DNA from: Diplonema japonicum
Lineage: Eukaryota > Protista > Euglenozoa: Diplonemea
Direction: 5' to 3'
NCBI GenBank assembly: GCA_964019335.1
Contig: OZ025756.1
Coordinates: 160,868 to 224,867 of the forward strand
DNA: 64,000 bases
Positions within the stretch are counted from its first letter, which is position 1. Each line of letters begins with the position of its first letter. The notes below the pieces were generated by a model. It did not search any database, was not told the origin of the DNA, and saw only the letters and a list, made by a program, of their open reading frames with translations. Of this stretch, positions 43,196-53,156 are shown piece after piece. Position numbers and translations under genes: made by a program.

Positions 43196-43455
43196 CCATC
43201 GTATTTGTTCCCAGTAGTTTCGGGTTCTATATAGTTCACTGTCAAAATATTAAAATGTTCAAAGGAAATAAGGGAGGGGGAAGGGGGGGGAGGAAAAAGA
43301 GGAGGAAGCGAGAGAAGTGCCAAAAAGGGCACGTTTTTTTTTTCATGTAAAATTAAGAGTAAATCATTTGCCCCTGTCCCTGGTTTGTTGCATAGACAGA
43401 AAAGAAAAGAAAAGAAGAAACGGAAGGGGGAAAAGAAGAAGAAAAAAATATACAA

Positions 43456-43489
43456 GAGATAAAGGAGGCCGGTGTTGGCGGCGCCCTGC
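43456..43489 (-). mobile_element. SINE-like repeat, 3'-terminal 34 bp only
   Basis: gagataaaggaggccggtgttggcggcgccctgc. Confidence 0.65.
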
Positions 43490-43629
43490 TGGAAAAAAAA
43501 AACCCCCCTCGTTGTGATATCTTATAGCTTTTTTTTTTTTTTTTTTCAGGTGAGCACCCACCCGCACACCGAAATTTATCAAATTTTTTTTTTCTTTTTT
43601 TTTTTTTTTCTCTTTTTTTTTCTTCTATG

Positions 43630-43662
<33 letters not shown>

Positions 43663-43698
43663 CCAGACAACAAGCAGCATCACAAGGGAAGCGCTTAT

Positions 43699-43730
43699 CT
43701 AAGGTTGTAGTACTCCGTTTGGGGTATTCT

Positions 43731-43779
<49 letters not shown>

Positions 43780-44873
43780 TCCATACAATCCCTTCTTCAC
43801 AGCAAAGATATCCCCCTTCTTGTTCTTCTGGAAAATCTCGAAAGTGGACGGTGGCACAACTCGACCGTTGAAGAGCACCTCGTAGTTGTTCTCATGAAGA
43901 ATGTCAAGAAGCTCGCGTGCCTTGTGCCCAGAGGACACCAAGAAATCTGTGAAGAACTCCGCCTTAATGACATCGACCCCATGCGTCTTGAGGAGCGTCG
44001 TCGCCCCGAGCAGCGCCTCGATCTCATGCCCCTGGCAGTCCATCTTCATGAAGTGGACATGCGTGTGGATCTCACTGTCGAGCGTGGTGATCTCAATATT
44101 GATTGTGTCCTCCCAGGACACCCTGCGCCCCTCAGTAAGGATGTTCAAGTGGGAGGAGGCCTTGTGGGTCGTGATCACAGAGTTCCCCATGTTCCCCTTC
44201 TCAGATCTCATAGTTGCGGTGCTTTTGGCCTTCCCGCACCCCTTGTTGTGCAGGGTGATCCTGTCGCCGTACTTTACTTTGTTCAGTTCGTTTGACTTAG
44301 CGAACACCGCGTAGTTCTTGTAGACAGGCTCGAAGGCGGTGACCATTGCACCCTCGGACGCCATCACCCAGCTGCAGGTCCCGATGTTCCCACCCACGTC
44401 GACCACTGTGAGCATCGTGTCAGGGGGCATGCCAAGGCTTTTCCTGATGCTACGGATGACCCTCTCTAGCGGTGTGCAGTCGAACCAAAACCCGCGCACA
44501 ATGAAAGCAGCACTGACATGGACGTCGGCCCTGCCGTGCGTGCAGAGGTAGAAGGGGTTCGAGGTCACTCGCGACACGTACACCTTTGGGTCGTCGCCAG
44601 GACACGGCCCCATCCCAGGTGTCACAGTCAGTGGTGAAGTCTTCGGAGGGAGGGCTGCAGGTATCGGGAGTACTTGATTGTAGGTGGGCACGCGTTGGGC
44701 CGGTATTATCGAAGTCTGTTGTGTGGGCAGTGCGGGTTGCACTGGAACAGGGACAGGGACAGGGACGGGAACAGGAACAGGGATGAACACCTTTTTCGGG
44801 TCAGGTTTCCAACCTACAGCCGCGAGCAGGAGAAGAGTCGCCACAACGGCACACTGGACCACGCCTGCTTTGA

Positions 44874-44877
<4 letters not shown>
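43699..44877 (-). CDS. FkbM-family SAM-dependent methyltransferase with N-terminal signal anchor and Pro-rich stem
   Basis: VVDVGGNIG, AFEP, TTLD, MKMDCQGHE; (PV)n stalk; the C-terminal poly-Lys comes from a homopolymer run. Confidence 0.88.
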
Positions 44878-44921
<44 letters not shown>

Positions 44922-45105
44922 GAACCTATTTTGAGCGTTACAAAAATGCGGGTATTTCATTTTTATTTTTTTACTCGCAACAAAAAAATTTGCAAGACAA
45001 ACTATCCTTGGAAAAGGGGCAACATTGTCTTAGATAAAAAGAAAAAAAATGGGGCTTTAATTGCAACACTAGGTGGCGTTAAGTGTGCAACGAAGCACGA
45101 ACTAC

Positions 45106-45376
45106 CTACTTGATTACGGGGGCGCTCCTCGGCCGAGTTGTAGCTTCTTCTGCGTTCCGCGTCGTGTCTTTAATGCGTGCGGTGTGCTCAACCCTAGCCG
45201 GGGCGTCCCGGGTAACCAAGATTCTGCACTCGTGCAGTTTGCTGCCTGTTCGTCACCCTGAGCATCTGCGTTACGTTCTTCCACTCCGGCGCTACCGGTG
45301 ATGACCGACGAGGAGGTCAACAGCGAACAACACATCTGATGTACTTCTTATATTTCCATGTTATCCCCACCACCAA
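45106..45376 (-). mobile_element. SINE-like repeat copy lacking the 3' tail
   Basis: Matches the 28009 copy from ctacttgattac onward. Confidence 0.8.
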
Positions 45377-45654
45377 AAAAAACAAAACAAAAAAAAAAAA
45401 GAAAGAAAGGAAACGAAAGGGGAAAGAAGAGAGGGAAAAAAAAAGGGGGGGAGGGGTTGTTTTCTGTTTCCCTTCATCGGCTATGCTCTGGGGTGCAAAA
45501 AAAAAAAAAACTCGATAAAATTTCAGTGTGCATGGGGGTGCTCACTGAAAAAAAAAAGAAGAAATCTTTGTGAGGATAGAGGGGGGCGGGGGGGTGGGGG
45601 GGGGTTGCTTTTCAAGCCATCGAAAAAGAATCATAAGAAACTGAAACAACGCCG

Positions 45655-45685
<31 letters not shown>

Positions 45686-45771
45686 CTCTACCCCCCTGCG
45701 CCACTACAGAATGGCACCACTTACATACTCACAATAAAATATTTTCCCCGCTCACCTCGAGTACATAAATC

Positions 45772-47892
45772 TCAATCGCTCCCGCACTGGGACGTACTTT
45801 CGAGGACAACAGTAGATGTGAAGTCTGGTGTGCACGACACGATGTAGGTGTTGAAATCTGCGGCGATGTCCTTTCTGGTGTTCTCGATCTTCTTGAGATG
45901 CATGCAATCAAGGACTACGCTGGTGCTCATGGAGCCGTACATGCAGAAGAAGTCACCCTTCGTTGCGTCTGCGCACAGCGAAGAGCTGAGGTCCACACAG
46001 CGACCAACCACTGCGACGTACCTCTGCTTATTGCCCCCAACAGTCCCGTAATTAACTACACCGCTTGCCAGCCCTATATGTGTCTTGTCTCCTGTGATCC
46101 CTTTTGCCACTGTTTTTTGCAGCATCCCCGCGAAGGCGAATGCGTTTTCTACGTGTGTTGCGTTCGCTTTCGACGTGTTCCACGCAACAGCCACTCTGCA
46201 CCCTTGCAGGGACAACACCACTCCCTGCGACCTGTCAGTGCATATCAGCACTTTTGCCAGCAAGTCGTTCAGCGATCCAGCAACATAAGCTTCGTAGGCC
46301 ACACGTAGATCCACATGCGCCACGCTCCCAATTCCCTGCATCAGGGTGTCCCTGTTCAGCGTCACGCTCACTGTGCTCTCTGGTGTTTCAAAGTTGACTA
46401 ACACCCTGTTCGTCCTGTCGCGCTTGAGCTGCTTCTCTACGTATAACTTTCTTCCTTGCAGCACCTGGGATAACAATAAGAATGGGTAAAGAGGCCCACC
46501 CACGCCCTTCAGTTCTGTTTTCCCCATCGAAATGGTCCGCACAGAGTCAAGGGAACCAACAGCCTCCATCACCTCAGGAGTGACAGCAACAGCCCCACCC
46601 ACACAAGCCCCTTCCATCCGAGCCGCCTTGTTCACAGTGCTCCCAAAGTAGTCGTACCTCCCTGTCAGGTTGTTCAGCTGTGCATCCACCTCACCACAGT
46701 GAACACCCACACGAACCCTGAGACCACACCAAGGGCCGTCTATGTCGTAAGCACAGTGACCGAGTGCCAGAAGCTTCTCAGGCCACACACTCTTCAGAAG
46801 CCTCTCCTGAACAGACAGACCGAACCACACCGCATCAGAAGTACTCTCGAAGGCCACCATGAAAGCATCCCCAATGGTCTTCACCTCGTACCCATTGTGC
46901 TCAGCGATGCAGTCCCGTATTACCTTGTTGTGAACCTGAAGTCCCTCCTTCATCCCTTCTGGACATGCCTCCCATGTTGCCGTCGATCCTTGGATGTCGG
47001 TGAAGACAAGGGTTGCTTGTCTTGTCGTCAATCCCGGTGCTGGTACCTCTCTGGGTGTGCGCACTTCGCTGTGGAGCTCGTGGAAGAGTGCATCGGGGAG
47101 GTAGGGGCGGTATATCTCAAGGTTGGTGAGAATTCTGCTGAAGGCATCGTAAAGGGGAGGGGGGAGGGAGGCGGTTGAGATGATGGCCTCGGCTGCTTCA
47201 AGGTCGAAGCGGGAGAGGGAGGTCGCAATATGCTGTGCTGCGTCGATAGCTTGGTTCATCTTCTCGTGCTCCTTTTGAAGGTCGTGGGCGAAGCCTCGGG
47301 TGAAGTAGAAGTCGAGGAGGAAAATAGAAGCAACGCTTCCGTAGTTGCTGACAGCAGAGAGGACGGGACTGGCACAGGGGGGCTTGGGGCAGTCCGTGAC
47401 CTCGCGCCGCTCACTGTATGAAGGGAGGGGGGAGAAGTCGTAGAGGCCGAACCGGAAAGCCGACTCAATGCTTGTGAGAAGGAGCCAAGTGAGCACCATA
47501 GCAATCAGGCAGCGTGTGGACCTGCTCCCAATCTGAAGGACCAAGCAGACATCGATGAGGATGACGAAGGCGACCCAGTACCTTGTGTTGTTCATTACAA
47601 CTGCTTGGTAGTCGTAAAGCAGGAGAACTACCCCAACTATGTACATTATCGCCTCCACGAAGCTGGGCACAATGGCTTTCGTGATCAACAGCTGCGTAAA
47701 CAGGGCGGCAGAGGCAACCAGCCCTAGTGTGACCTGCACGAGCTGCAGCGGTGAATCTGGGTCAACAGTGCTCAACGAGAAGCCGTACATCAATGATCCC
47801 ACTGCGCCGCTATAAAACAATATTTTCTTGCCGAATATTACTTTCTTGCAGTCTTCAGGTCGCACCACACGGCTGAACGCTGCACATCGCAT
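45772..47892 (-). CDS. Multi-TM receptor adenylate cyclase paralog (most diverged C-terminal domain)
   Basis: 706 aa; catalytic core near-identical to the array, second domain diverged. Confidence 0.92.
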   Translation of the reverse strand: MRCAAFSRVVRPEDCKKVIFGKKILFYSGAVGSLMYGFSLSTVDPDSPLQLVQVTLGLVASAALFTQLLITKAIVPSFVEAIMYIVGVVLLLYDYQAVVMNNTRYWVAFVILIDVCLVLQIGSRSTRCLIAMVLTWLLLTSIESAFRFGLYDFSPLPSYSERREVTDCPKPPCASPVLSAVSNYGSVASIFLLDFYFTRGFAHDLQKEHEKMNQAIDAAQHIATSLSRFDLEAAEAIISTASLPPPLYDAFSRILTNLEIYRPYLPDALFHELHSEVRTPREVPAPGLTTRQATLVFTDIQGSTATWEACPEGMKEGLQVHNKVIRDCIAEHNGYEVKTIGDAFMVAFESTSDAVWFGLSVQERLLKSVWPEKLLALGHCAYDIDGPWCGLRVRVGVHCGEVDAQLNNLTGRYDYFGSTVNKAARMEGACVGGAVAVTPEVMEAVGSLDSVRTISMGKTELKGVGGPLYPFLLLSQVLQGRKLYVEKQLKRDRTNRVLVNFETPESTVSVTLNRDTLMQGIGSVAHVDLRVAYEAYVAGSLNDLLAKVLICTDRSQGVVLSLQGCRVAVAWNTSKANATHVENAFAFAGMLQKTVAKGITGDKTHIGLASGVVNYGTVGGNKQRYVAVVGRCVDLSSSLCADATKGDFFCMYGSMSTSVVLDCMHLKKIENTRKDIAADFNTYIVSCTPDFTSTVVLESTSQCGSD

Positions 47893-47947
47893 CAGACTGT
47901 GACCTATTTCCTATCCCTTTTTGGTGGTTTGTGTGTGTGTTTTTTTT

Positions 47948-47990
<43 letters not shown>

Positions 47991-48133
47991 AAGATGAAAA
48001 AGAACAACAGCAGAATATGAAATGGGAAGGCAGCAAAAAAAAGGGGGGGGGGGAGAAGAAGTTTCTGTGGGAAGGCATCATACTCCAAAGAAGACCCTTT
48101 CTTTGCTGTGCAATAGATCAAAAATGTTTTTCA

Positions 48134-48175
<42 letters not shown>

Positions 48176-48298
48176 GGGGGGGGGGGGTTCCAAGAAAAAA
48201 AGGTTAATTTATGCTCCTTGTAGAATGAAAACAAAAAGAAAAACCAAATTCCTGAAACTGTTGATACAAGTCCTCTGAAAAGAAAAAGGGAAAAAGAT

Positions 48299-48493
48299 AA
48301 ACTCAAATTATCATGCAAACTCCTAAAGCGAAAGCCGCATGCCCTAAAAAGGGGGTATGGTCAGTACTAGGTATCTCTCAGTTTCGATCTAATCTTGCGA
48401 CTCTTCCAAGTGCTGATCTCTTCAGGCAAGTAGCACCCTTCATTGGCTCCCACTAGCGTCCCAGCAGGTATGGAGAGTACTTTTCCCGACCAC
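48299..48493. repeat. Structured dispersed repeat, copy 2
   Basis: Matches 3318-3491 with an extra 21 bp (48451-48471). Confidence 0.85.
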
Positions 48494-48502
48494 GATAAAT
48501 AA

Positions 48503-48642
48503 GAGATAAAGGAGGCCAGTGTTGGTGGCACCCTGCACAAGAACTGTCTACTTCATTACAGGCGTACCTGAGCTTCTTCTGCGTTCCGCATCGTGTCCTT
48601 AATGTGTGCATTCTTATATTTCCATGTTATCTCACCACCAAA
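48503..48642 (-). mobile_element. SINE-like repeat, internally deleted copy
   Basis: Both ends of the unit present, middle missing; partial CpG loss. Confidence 0.7.
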
Positions 48643-49713
48643 AGGATAACCACAATCAACACATCTAGTGTTTGACCCCTTCTGTCGTGGTGGTGCCTTT
48701 GGCCCAAGTGGATGGCCCTCGAAGTGGCTGTGAAATTTCCTGTACCCAGGTGGGCCTGTCTAGGAGGCCGAGGTAGCTAGTCAAAAAAGGGGGTAAGAAA
48801 TCAGTAAAATAGTTCTCTGCTCACGTTTCCAACATGAACTTTTTTTTTTTTAAAAAATAAACCTCTTTTTTTTTAGGCTGGCCAGACCATTCTCTCTTCT
48901 TTCTTTTTCCCTCCTCCCAGCCAGGGGGGTGGGTGGGGGAAAGGGAAAACAGAAATCAAAGAGTCAAAAAAAAAGAAGAACACAAGCAAATCATAGCTTG
49001 CTAGTTTTTAACGGGTGCTCTCTCACCTTTTGGACAACTAGACCACAAATTATAAGCTTTTTTTTTCGCGATAATAGCAGTAAAAAAGAAAAAAAGGAGA
49101 GAGAGAAAGAAAACCATAATGAACAGAACTAAAAAAAGGGGGGGGTTAAAAAAAGACAACAAAAACTCCTTAAAAAGAACCACACCCCCCCCAAAAAAAA
49201 GGAAGAAAAGAAAAAAAGAAAGAAAAAACCGACATTGCTGGCATGATCTGGTGAGGGTTTCGCGAGAGAGAGAGAAAAAAAAAAAGAAGACTGGGCTTAA
49301 ATGGCCCAACCCGCTTTGGGTGTTTGCGCCTTTCAGGCATTTTATGAATGCTAATCTGGCTGTAAAACAGGAAATGAAAGTGGTGTTCGGATTAAAAAGA
49401 AAAAAAGAAGTTACGTCCCTAGCAGCGAGAAGGAGGAGCCAAGGGCCCTTCAAGTACACGGGGTAGCATCAGAAAACTGAAGAATTTTTTGTAAGACTGC
49501 CCGCATTGCTGAGTACAAGAGAATCGAGGGTCAAAGGTTAGAGCTAGGCTTTTGCGCCCTCCCAACGCGGAGCGCGATAACAAAAACACCGCCAAGAATA
49601 TGGTTCAGTATTTTACCATCGAGGGCTTCAATAGCAGCGCGAACCACGTGGGTCATGATAAAGTTGAGGGAAACGAGCCTCCCTGGAAAGGGAGGTGTAT
49701 TCTCTTCTTCTTT

Positions 49714-52254
49714 TTAAAAATACTTCAAAACATGGAACTCAACGCACTCGTTCTCGATGCAGACCTCGGCATCGATGAACTGCTTCATTTCATTCAGCGT
49801 TGCGTCGGGGACCACCTTGAGAAGAAGGGCAGCCGTGCCCCATTGTTCCTTCATGAGGGAAGACGCGACGCTATTCCAGTTAGCGTAGAGAGAGGTTTTG
49901 CTCACCTGTTCCACTTGGTACATCCACTCTTGGGTGATGACTGCTTGTGTTTCTTCCCCAAGATGGTAAAGCAGTTGTTTAGAATGCCGAAGTCGTGGGT
50001 ACTCTGCAAAGCAGACAACCGGGCACTCATAATGCACCCCTGCGGACTCATGAATAGACTCATCAAGAAGGCAGCCTGTTTCGAGCACCTCTTTGGCGAT
50101 CCTCTCTATTCCTTGGCACCACTGGAAGACGCGTGATATCAACGAGAACCTCTTCATCCCAGAGCATCCCATGTTCCCTACGTACGTCTCGCCGCATGCC
50201 ACACCGCAGGTGACTTGAGCCGACTGTGTCGCTTGGGAAATAGCAAGCGTTCGTATGTATCCCCGCACAGTAGTGCAGGCAGTGACCCTGTGGGTGGGGA
50301 CAGAGAGAGACGCGTTGAAAGAAGCCACCAACCTGTCTCCTGAGAACACTTCCGACATGCCCTTCCGCTCTGCCACACATGCTATAAGGTGCTGGATCAC
50401 TTCGCCGTGATATCTCTGGATATCAACAAGCCCCTTGGCATCCAGTGTTTTGTGGAAGTCGCGTATGTTGAATGCCACAAAGGTGACCATCCTCTTGCGC
50501 AGCTCCATGTCCCCCGTTGGGCACACAGGCTCCATCACGGTGCTGTCGCAGTGACGGGAAACCACCTCCAGCGATGACGAAGTCTGCTTCGCGATGGAGT
50601 CCTCTGTCAAGATGCCCGTGAACTCGTCGTCTCGTATACCATCATCGTCGCGCACGAGAACAGACTGCGGCATGTACTCTCTATACGCAATGAGGTTCTG
50701 CACCATGACGCCAAAGGCGAGCTGCATGCGGTGGATTTCTGTAAGCCGGGAGTCTGTTTTTCTGCTAGAGCTTTCGAGCTGCATGTGCGACACGGCAGTC
50801 ATCTCGCTCTCAAGCATCCTGAGCGGCCCCACCATGATGTGCACGATGATGGCAGTTATGCCAACGGAGACAAGTACGATCGACGATACGGCGAAGAGGG
50901 AACTCTCGAACGCTGTGCTGCGGTCGTCCCTCGCGGTGGCAAGTGTGGCTCGCATGAGCTTTGACGTGTTCCGCAGCACAGCCTCGACGTCGCCTGAGAT
51001 GGACTCACGAGGGACAATGAGGTTGAAGTACCATATCGTTGTGCCACTGCGTTTGACAGGCACGCTCATCGTGATGTAGTCCTCGCCAGCAACAGTAAGG
51101 TGCAGGACTTGGTTAGTCGCCGAGTCGTTCCACACCCCGCCCTTGGTCAACTCCATGTGGTGCGCACGAATCACAGTGTGATCATACTCATATATCTGAA
51201 TGGGGCGGGTGGTGAGGCTTATCTCCCCGACAACATCCCCCACGTTAGTCCCGATCAGTGTTGACACCTCACCTGTCCACGGGTTATTTTCCAAACAATA
51301 GAAAATTGACGCATCGGGCAAAGAGTCGTTCATCTGCTGGATGGACGCGGTAAGCTGGCGCAGCCGAATGCCAACGAGTACGATTCCCAAATTGTGACTA
51401 GGTGGCGGCATCAGCGCACTCGTTAGTCTTACATAGGAAAATATAGTAACGTGTCCAACAGTGGGCACCGCAGGGCTGGACCTGACTACGTTGGGGAGTG
51501 CTGCCTCTGCGTGGTTAAGAACTTCGCCTACCCCACCGGAAAGAAAGAGGGCTTCAGAAAGCAGGCAGACACCGTCTTCAATGGTGACAAGCGGGGCCAA
51601 CTCAGGCATGAAGAAACATTGTGCATGTCGGTCGATGGTGACAGATTCGGGTACGATGCGCCCGAACCCAAACCGCGACGGCACCCCGCCGTGGTACTGG
51701 CCTGTCTCGTTTAGCGTCTCTGCCATGTAGTAGATACGATCAAAGTCCTGGCCCTCCGTCATAACCACAGTAACGCCACCCCACTGGCCATCGCCCTCTG
51801 GCAATGGTCCGTGGCCTTGTTGGACGGCCTCCGGTGCTGTATTGGCCAGCTTTAGAGCATAAATAGAAATCCCGAGATCCTGCGAAGTGCGGAGCTTTGC
51901 GAACAGCGTCTTCTTGAAGACTTCACGAACGATACGGGGGTTGGTCGCATCCCCTATGCTGTAAGACCGCAGCATGTTCACCATCTCCATCACGTGAGTG
52001 TTGACGGTGTCGAGGTAACCGCTCAGCTCGCACTCTAGCTTGCCAATGATTTCCATCATCAGCATGCTCACAAGCTTCTCAGATGCCGCGGCGCTGCCAC
52101 GCATGCACACGTCCACCGTGTCCACTGTTGACCCCTCCATGTCCTTCAGCGATTCCTCCCAGCTGTGTATCAAGATGTTCGTCACCAACGCGCACGACGC
52201 TGCTATCGTCACCCCACACACCAAAATCAGCAGCGTCCGCACTGAAACCTTCAT
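49714..52254 (-). CDS. Two-TM receptor with large extracellular domain, HAMP-like linker and degenerate cyclase domain
   Basis: Likely start MKVSVRTLLILVC at 52254; second TM then PLRMLESEMTAVSHM...SRLTEIHRMQLAFGVM (HAMP-like), YREYMPQS, FSGDRLVASFNA, EWMYQV. Confidence 0.8.
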   Translation of the reverse strand: MKVSVRTLLILVCGVTIAASCALVTNILIHSWEESLKDMEGSTVDTVDVCMRGSAAASEKLVSMLMMEIIGKLECELSGYLDTVNTHVMEMVNMLRSYSIGDATNPRIVREVFKKTLFAKLRTSQDLGISIYALKLANTAPEAVQQGHGPLPEGDGQWGGVTVVMTEGQDFDRIYYMAETLNETGQYHGGVPSRFGFGRIVPESVTIDRHAQCFFMPELAPLVTIEDGVCLLSEALFLSGGVGEVLNHAEAALPNVVRSSPAVPTVGHVTIFSYVRLTSALMPPPSHNLGIVLVGIRLRQLTASIQQMNDSLPDASIFYCLENNPWTGEVSTLIGTNVGDVVGEISLTTRPIQIYEYDHTVIRAHHMELTKGGVWNDSATNQVLHLTVAGEDYITMSVPVKRSGTTIWYFNLIVPRESISGDVEAVLRNTSKLMRATLATARDDRSTAFESSLFAVSSIVLVSVGITAIIVHIMVGPLRMLESEMTAVSHMQLESSSRKTDSRLTEIHRMQLAFGVMVQNLIAYREYMPQSVLVRDDDGIRDDEFTGILTEDSIAKQTSSSLEVVSRHCDSTVMEPVCPTGDMELRKRMVTFVAFNIRDFHKTLDAKGLVDIQRYHGEVIQHLIACVAERKGMSEVFSGDRLVASFNASLSVPTHRVTACTTVRGYIRTLAISQATQSAQVTCGVACGETYVGNMGCSGMKRFSLISRVFQWCQGIERIAKEVLETGCLLDESIHESAGVHYECPVVCFAEYPRLRHSKQLLYHLGEETQAVITQEWMYQVEQVSKTSLYANWNSVASSLMKEQWGTAALLLKVVPDATLNEMKQFIDAEVCIENECVEFHVLKYF

Positions 52255-53156
52255 CACTCTCCTGTGGTAGTGCAGGTGGTACGAATACAAAAATAAAAAG
52301 AAGGAAAGATGGCGCAAGGTGTAACGGGTCAACCGGCTGCTCGACTTCGGAGCAGCGCAGGAAAGCAGCTCTATGACAGCAGAGAGACGCCAACTGATAG
52401 CTGCCATGTGAAGGTATGTCACTACTAGGGGTGGGGGGTGGAGGGTCGTCCAAAGGTGATCAGCTGGAAACACAGGCAGAGCATTGCCAAGTGAATTGTG
52501 GGTTGCCCATCCTTCTTGCTTGATCAGATTTTATGTGTTCTCTTTTTTTTTCCTTCTATGTCTCGCACACTCATTCTTTCTACCCTCCAACTACCTTCTA
52601 TAACTACACATGCCTCGCTCATCCACGAAAGAGGTCGATCACATCCTGCCGTATCCTGAATAGAATTCTTTTGAATTTTTTAGTGGAAAGGAAAAAAAGA
52701 AAGAAGGGTGGAGAGGAGGGAAAAGAAGGGAGGGAGGGGACTTCGTGGAGGTGAAAGGAAAAGGGGAAGAGAGGAGAGGGGAGGAATCTGGTCATTGTAT
52801 TTCTCTTATAATATACCTTCTTCTTTGCCCACCCTTCATTTCCCCCTTTCTCTGCTGTGTTTTATTTTTTATTGTTTTTTCTTCTTCTTTTAAAATATTC
52901 AAATGCCTCCAGGATGGTCATAACGATGGAGCGCTGCTTTTTTTTTTTTTTTTTTTTTTTTTTTTTCTTTTTCTTTTTTTTTCTTTTTGTCATCTCTCTC
53001 ACTTGAACTCTCTTTCACTTCCCCCTTTTTTTATTTGTTTCATTTGGTTTACACTCGAAAAAAAAAAAAAAAAAAAAAAAAAAAGAAGGAAAAAAAAAAG
53101 AACGAAGGAAAAAAGAAGAAAAAAGAAGGGGGGGGAAAGAGGAACAAAAAAAAATC

